From an uncultured delta proteobacterium (GTDB lineage Bacteria; Desulfobacterota; Binatia; Bin18), in assembly GCA_963733195.1 (NCBI GenBank), contig CAVTCR010000073.1, positions 190,840 through 254,839 of the forward strand: a stretch of DNA of 64,000 nucleotides. The letters are read 5' to 3'. Position numbers and translations under genes: made by a program. Below the pieces are notes generated by a model that worked only from the letters and a program-made list of their open reading frames with translations, was not told where the DNA came from and did no database searches. Within the stretch, counting starts at the first letter, position 1. The number at the start of each line of letters is the position of its first letter. Shown here one piece after another: positions 62,797 to 64,000 of this stretch.

Positions 62797-62991
62797 GCCT
62801 ATTCCTTTCTCTGATTAAACTCAGTTAAACCGTAAGGCAGAGAATTGAAGAACACAAGACCTTTAAGACAAGAGGGTACATCAGACAACACTTTGTGAGC
62901 TTGCTTGGCCTTGCCTGCAAGATTAAACGCCCAGGCTAGGCTGAACGCGTGGGATAAGTCTTGAGCCAACGCCTGGGGTGCTTTCTTCACT

Positions 62992-63066
62992 GCCTGCTCA
63001 AAATGTTCGTCTGTCGTGAGCACTTCAAGAAGACCGCGCTGTTGTATAAGAACGAAGCTCGTGCAG
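62992..63066 (-). pseudogene. Remnant of a second vapC 3' end
   Basis: About 50 bp with two mismatches to 61208-61257; encodes CTSFVLIQQRGLLEVLTTDEHFEQA. Confidence 0.75.
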
Positions 63067-63170
63067 CCTTGTCGGGTGGGTTAGATCTCTCCTCCTCAAC
63101 TAAGGGCGTCGCTTGCCCTGTATAGTCTGGTGCGGTAACACTAGGGACGCAACAAATAGGGAGCCCTGCT

Positions 63171-63575
63171 ATGCCTACCGTGCGTGTACCAGTTCAACTC
63201 ACAGTCGAGCATCTGATTGCAGCGGTTAAGCAACTGCCTCCCGCCGATCTGCACGAATTCGAGCAAGCGTTCGCTAAATGGCAAAAGCGGAACGGCATAC
63301 ACACGGACGAAGAAGCAAAGCTCCTTGAGTGTATTAATAAAAATGCGCAACTTCCTGCTGCTGAACAGCGGCGCTACGAGCGCTTGCGCCGAAAACATGA
63401 GCGCACTAATCTGACTGAAAGTGAACGCGAGGAGTATCTGTCGCTCCTTCGGCAATTGGAAACTCGCAATGTCAAACGCCTTGAAGCCCTGCTCGCTCTC
63501 GCTCGGAAACGCGGCACGACATTGCGCGGCCTGATGAAGACGCTCGGTTTACCAGACATCAAAGATGCCGCGTGA
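63171..63575 (+). CDS. Hypothetical protein, putative partner of the HNH nuclease
   Basis: L...E..E...L....E..NV.RL.AL..LA..RG..L..LM..LG; overlaps the HNH start. Confidence 0.75.
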   Translation: MPTVRVPVQLTVEHLIAAVKQLPPADLHEFEQAFAKWQKRNGIHTDEEAKLLECINKNAQLPAAEQRRYERLRRKHERTNLTESEREEYLSLLRQLETRNVKRLEALLALARKRGTTLRGLMKTLGLPDIKDAA

Positions 63576-63999
63576 AGCGATCACTACGGCGCTGCGTCGC
63601 CGAGTGCGGGAGCGGGCACACGGACTTTGCGAATATTGCCGTTTTCCTGCTCACTTTGCCAATGCTGCTTTTCACTGCGATCATGTCCAACCCCGCAAGT
63701 CTGGAGGCAAAGCTATTCTTGAAAATTTGGCATGGTCATGCTCTTGGTGCAACGCGTATAAGTCTACCAAGACCCACGCCTTTGATTCCAAGACCAAGAG
63801 GCTTGTCTTACTTTTCAATCCACGTCGTCAACGATGGTCACAACACTTTACCTGGAGTGACGATACCCTACTCATTGTCGGACGCACGACGATCGGACGT
63901 GCAACGATAGGAGCCTTGCAGTTAAACCGTACTGAGTTACTCAACCTACGCCGTGTCCTGTGGGCTGCTGGCGAGCATCCCCCCGTTGTTCATGACTGA
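63565..63999 (+). CDS. HNH endonuclease
   Basis: CEYC, DHV.P...GG....NLAWSC..CN..K, LFNPR.Q.W..HF.W. Confidence 0.92.
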   Translation: MPREAITTALRRRVRERAHGLCEYCRFPAHFANAAFHCDHVQPRKSGGKAILENLAWSCSWCNAYKSTKTHAFDSKTKRLVLLFNPRRQRWSQHFTWSDDTLLIVGRTTIGRATIGALQLNRTELLNLRRVLWAAGEHPPVVHD

Positions 64000-64000
64000 C

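Noticed and set aside
1-64000. CRISPR array, tRNA or rRNA genes
   Set aside because: No regularly spaced repeat-spacer series, cloverleaf or rRNA sequence was recognised by eye.

Overview
Bacterial chromosomal window of moderate GC. The gene content (several LLM oxidoreductases, amidohydrolases, a DUF1302 protein, adenylate cyclase/TPR proteins) resembles uncultured Binatia/'Deltaproteobacteria' MAGs; this is inference only. At least seven genes carry single-base frameshifts, most likely long-read consensus errors. Core and metabolic content: capD-like dehydratase, a glycogen locus (a glgA'-'pgm chimera, glgC, GH57/DUF3536), acs, cysS, mtgA, holA, panE, 5-formyl-THF cyclo-ligase, a two-component pair and an FAD-dependent halogenase-like gene. 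Accessory content: IS630 inserted in mtgA, an IS5-like element inserted in a RelE toxin, an ISAzo13 transposase, a MITE, a degenerate attC plus cassette-like ORF, several REP-like families, many heptamer microsatellites and a terminal toxin-antitoxin island. Best leads: (1) an unannotated ~310-nt structured minus-strand RNA (49398-49714) with its own extended -10 promoter and terminator, carrying a 16-19 nt complement to the 16S rRNA 3' end directly before a 13-codon ORF; (2) an ergothioneine-type cluster in which an ATP-grasp ligase and an asparaginase flank egtC-egtB-egtD and egtA/egtE are absent; (3) an AhpD-like selenoprotein (CxxU plus a SECIS-like hairpin) that the ORF track splits in two.
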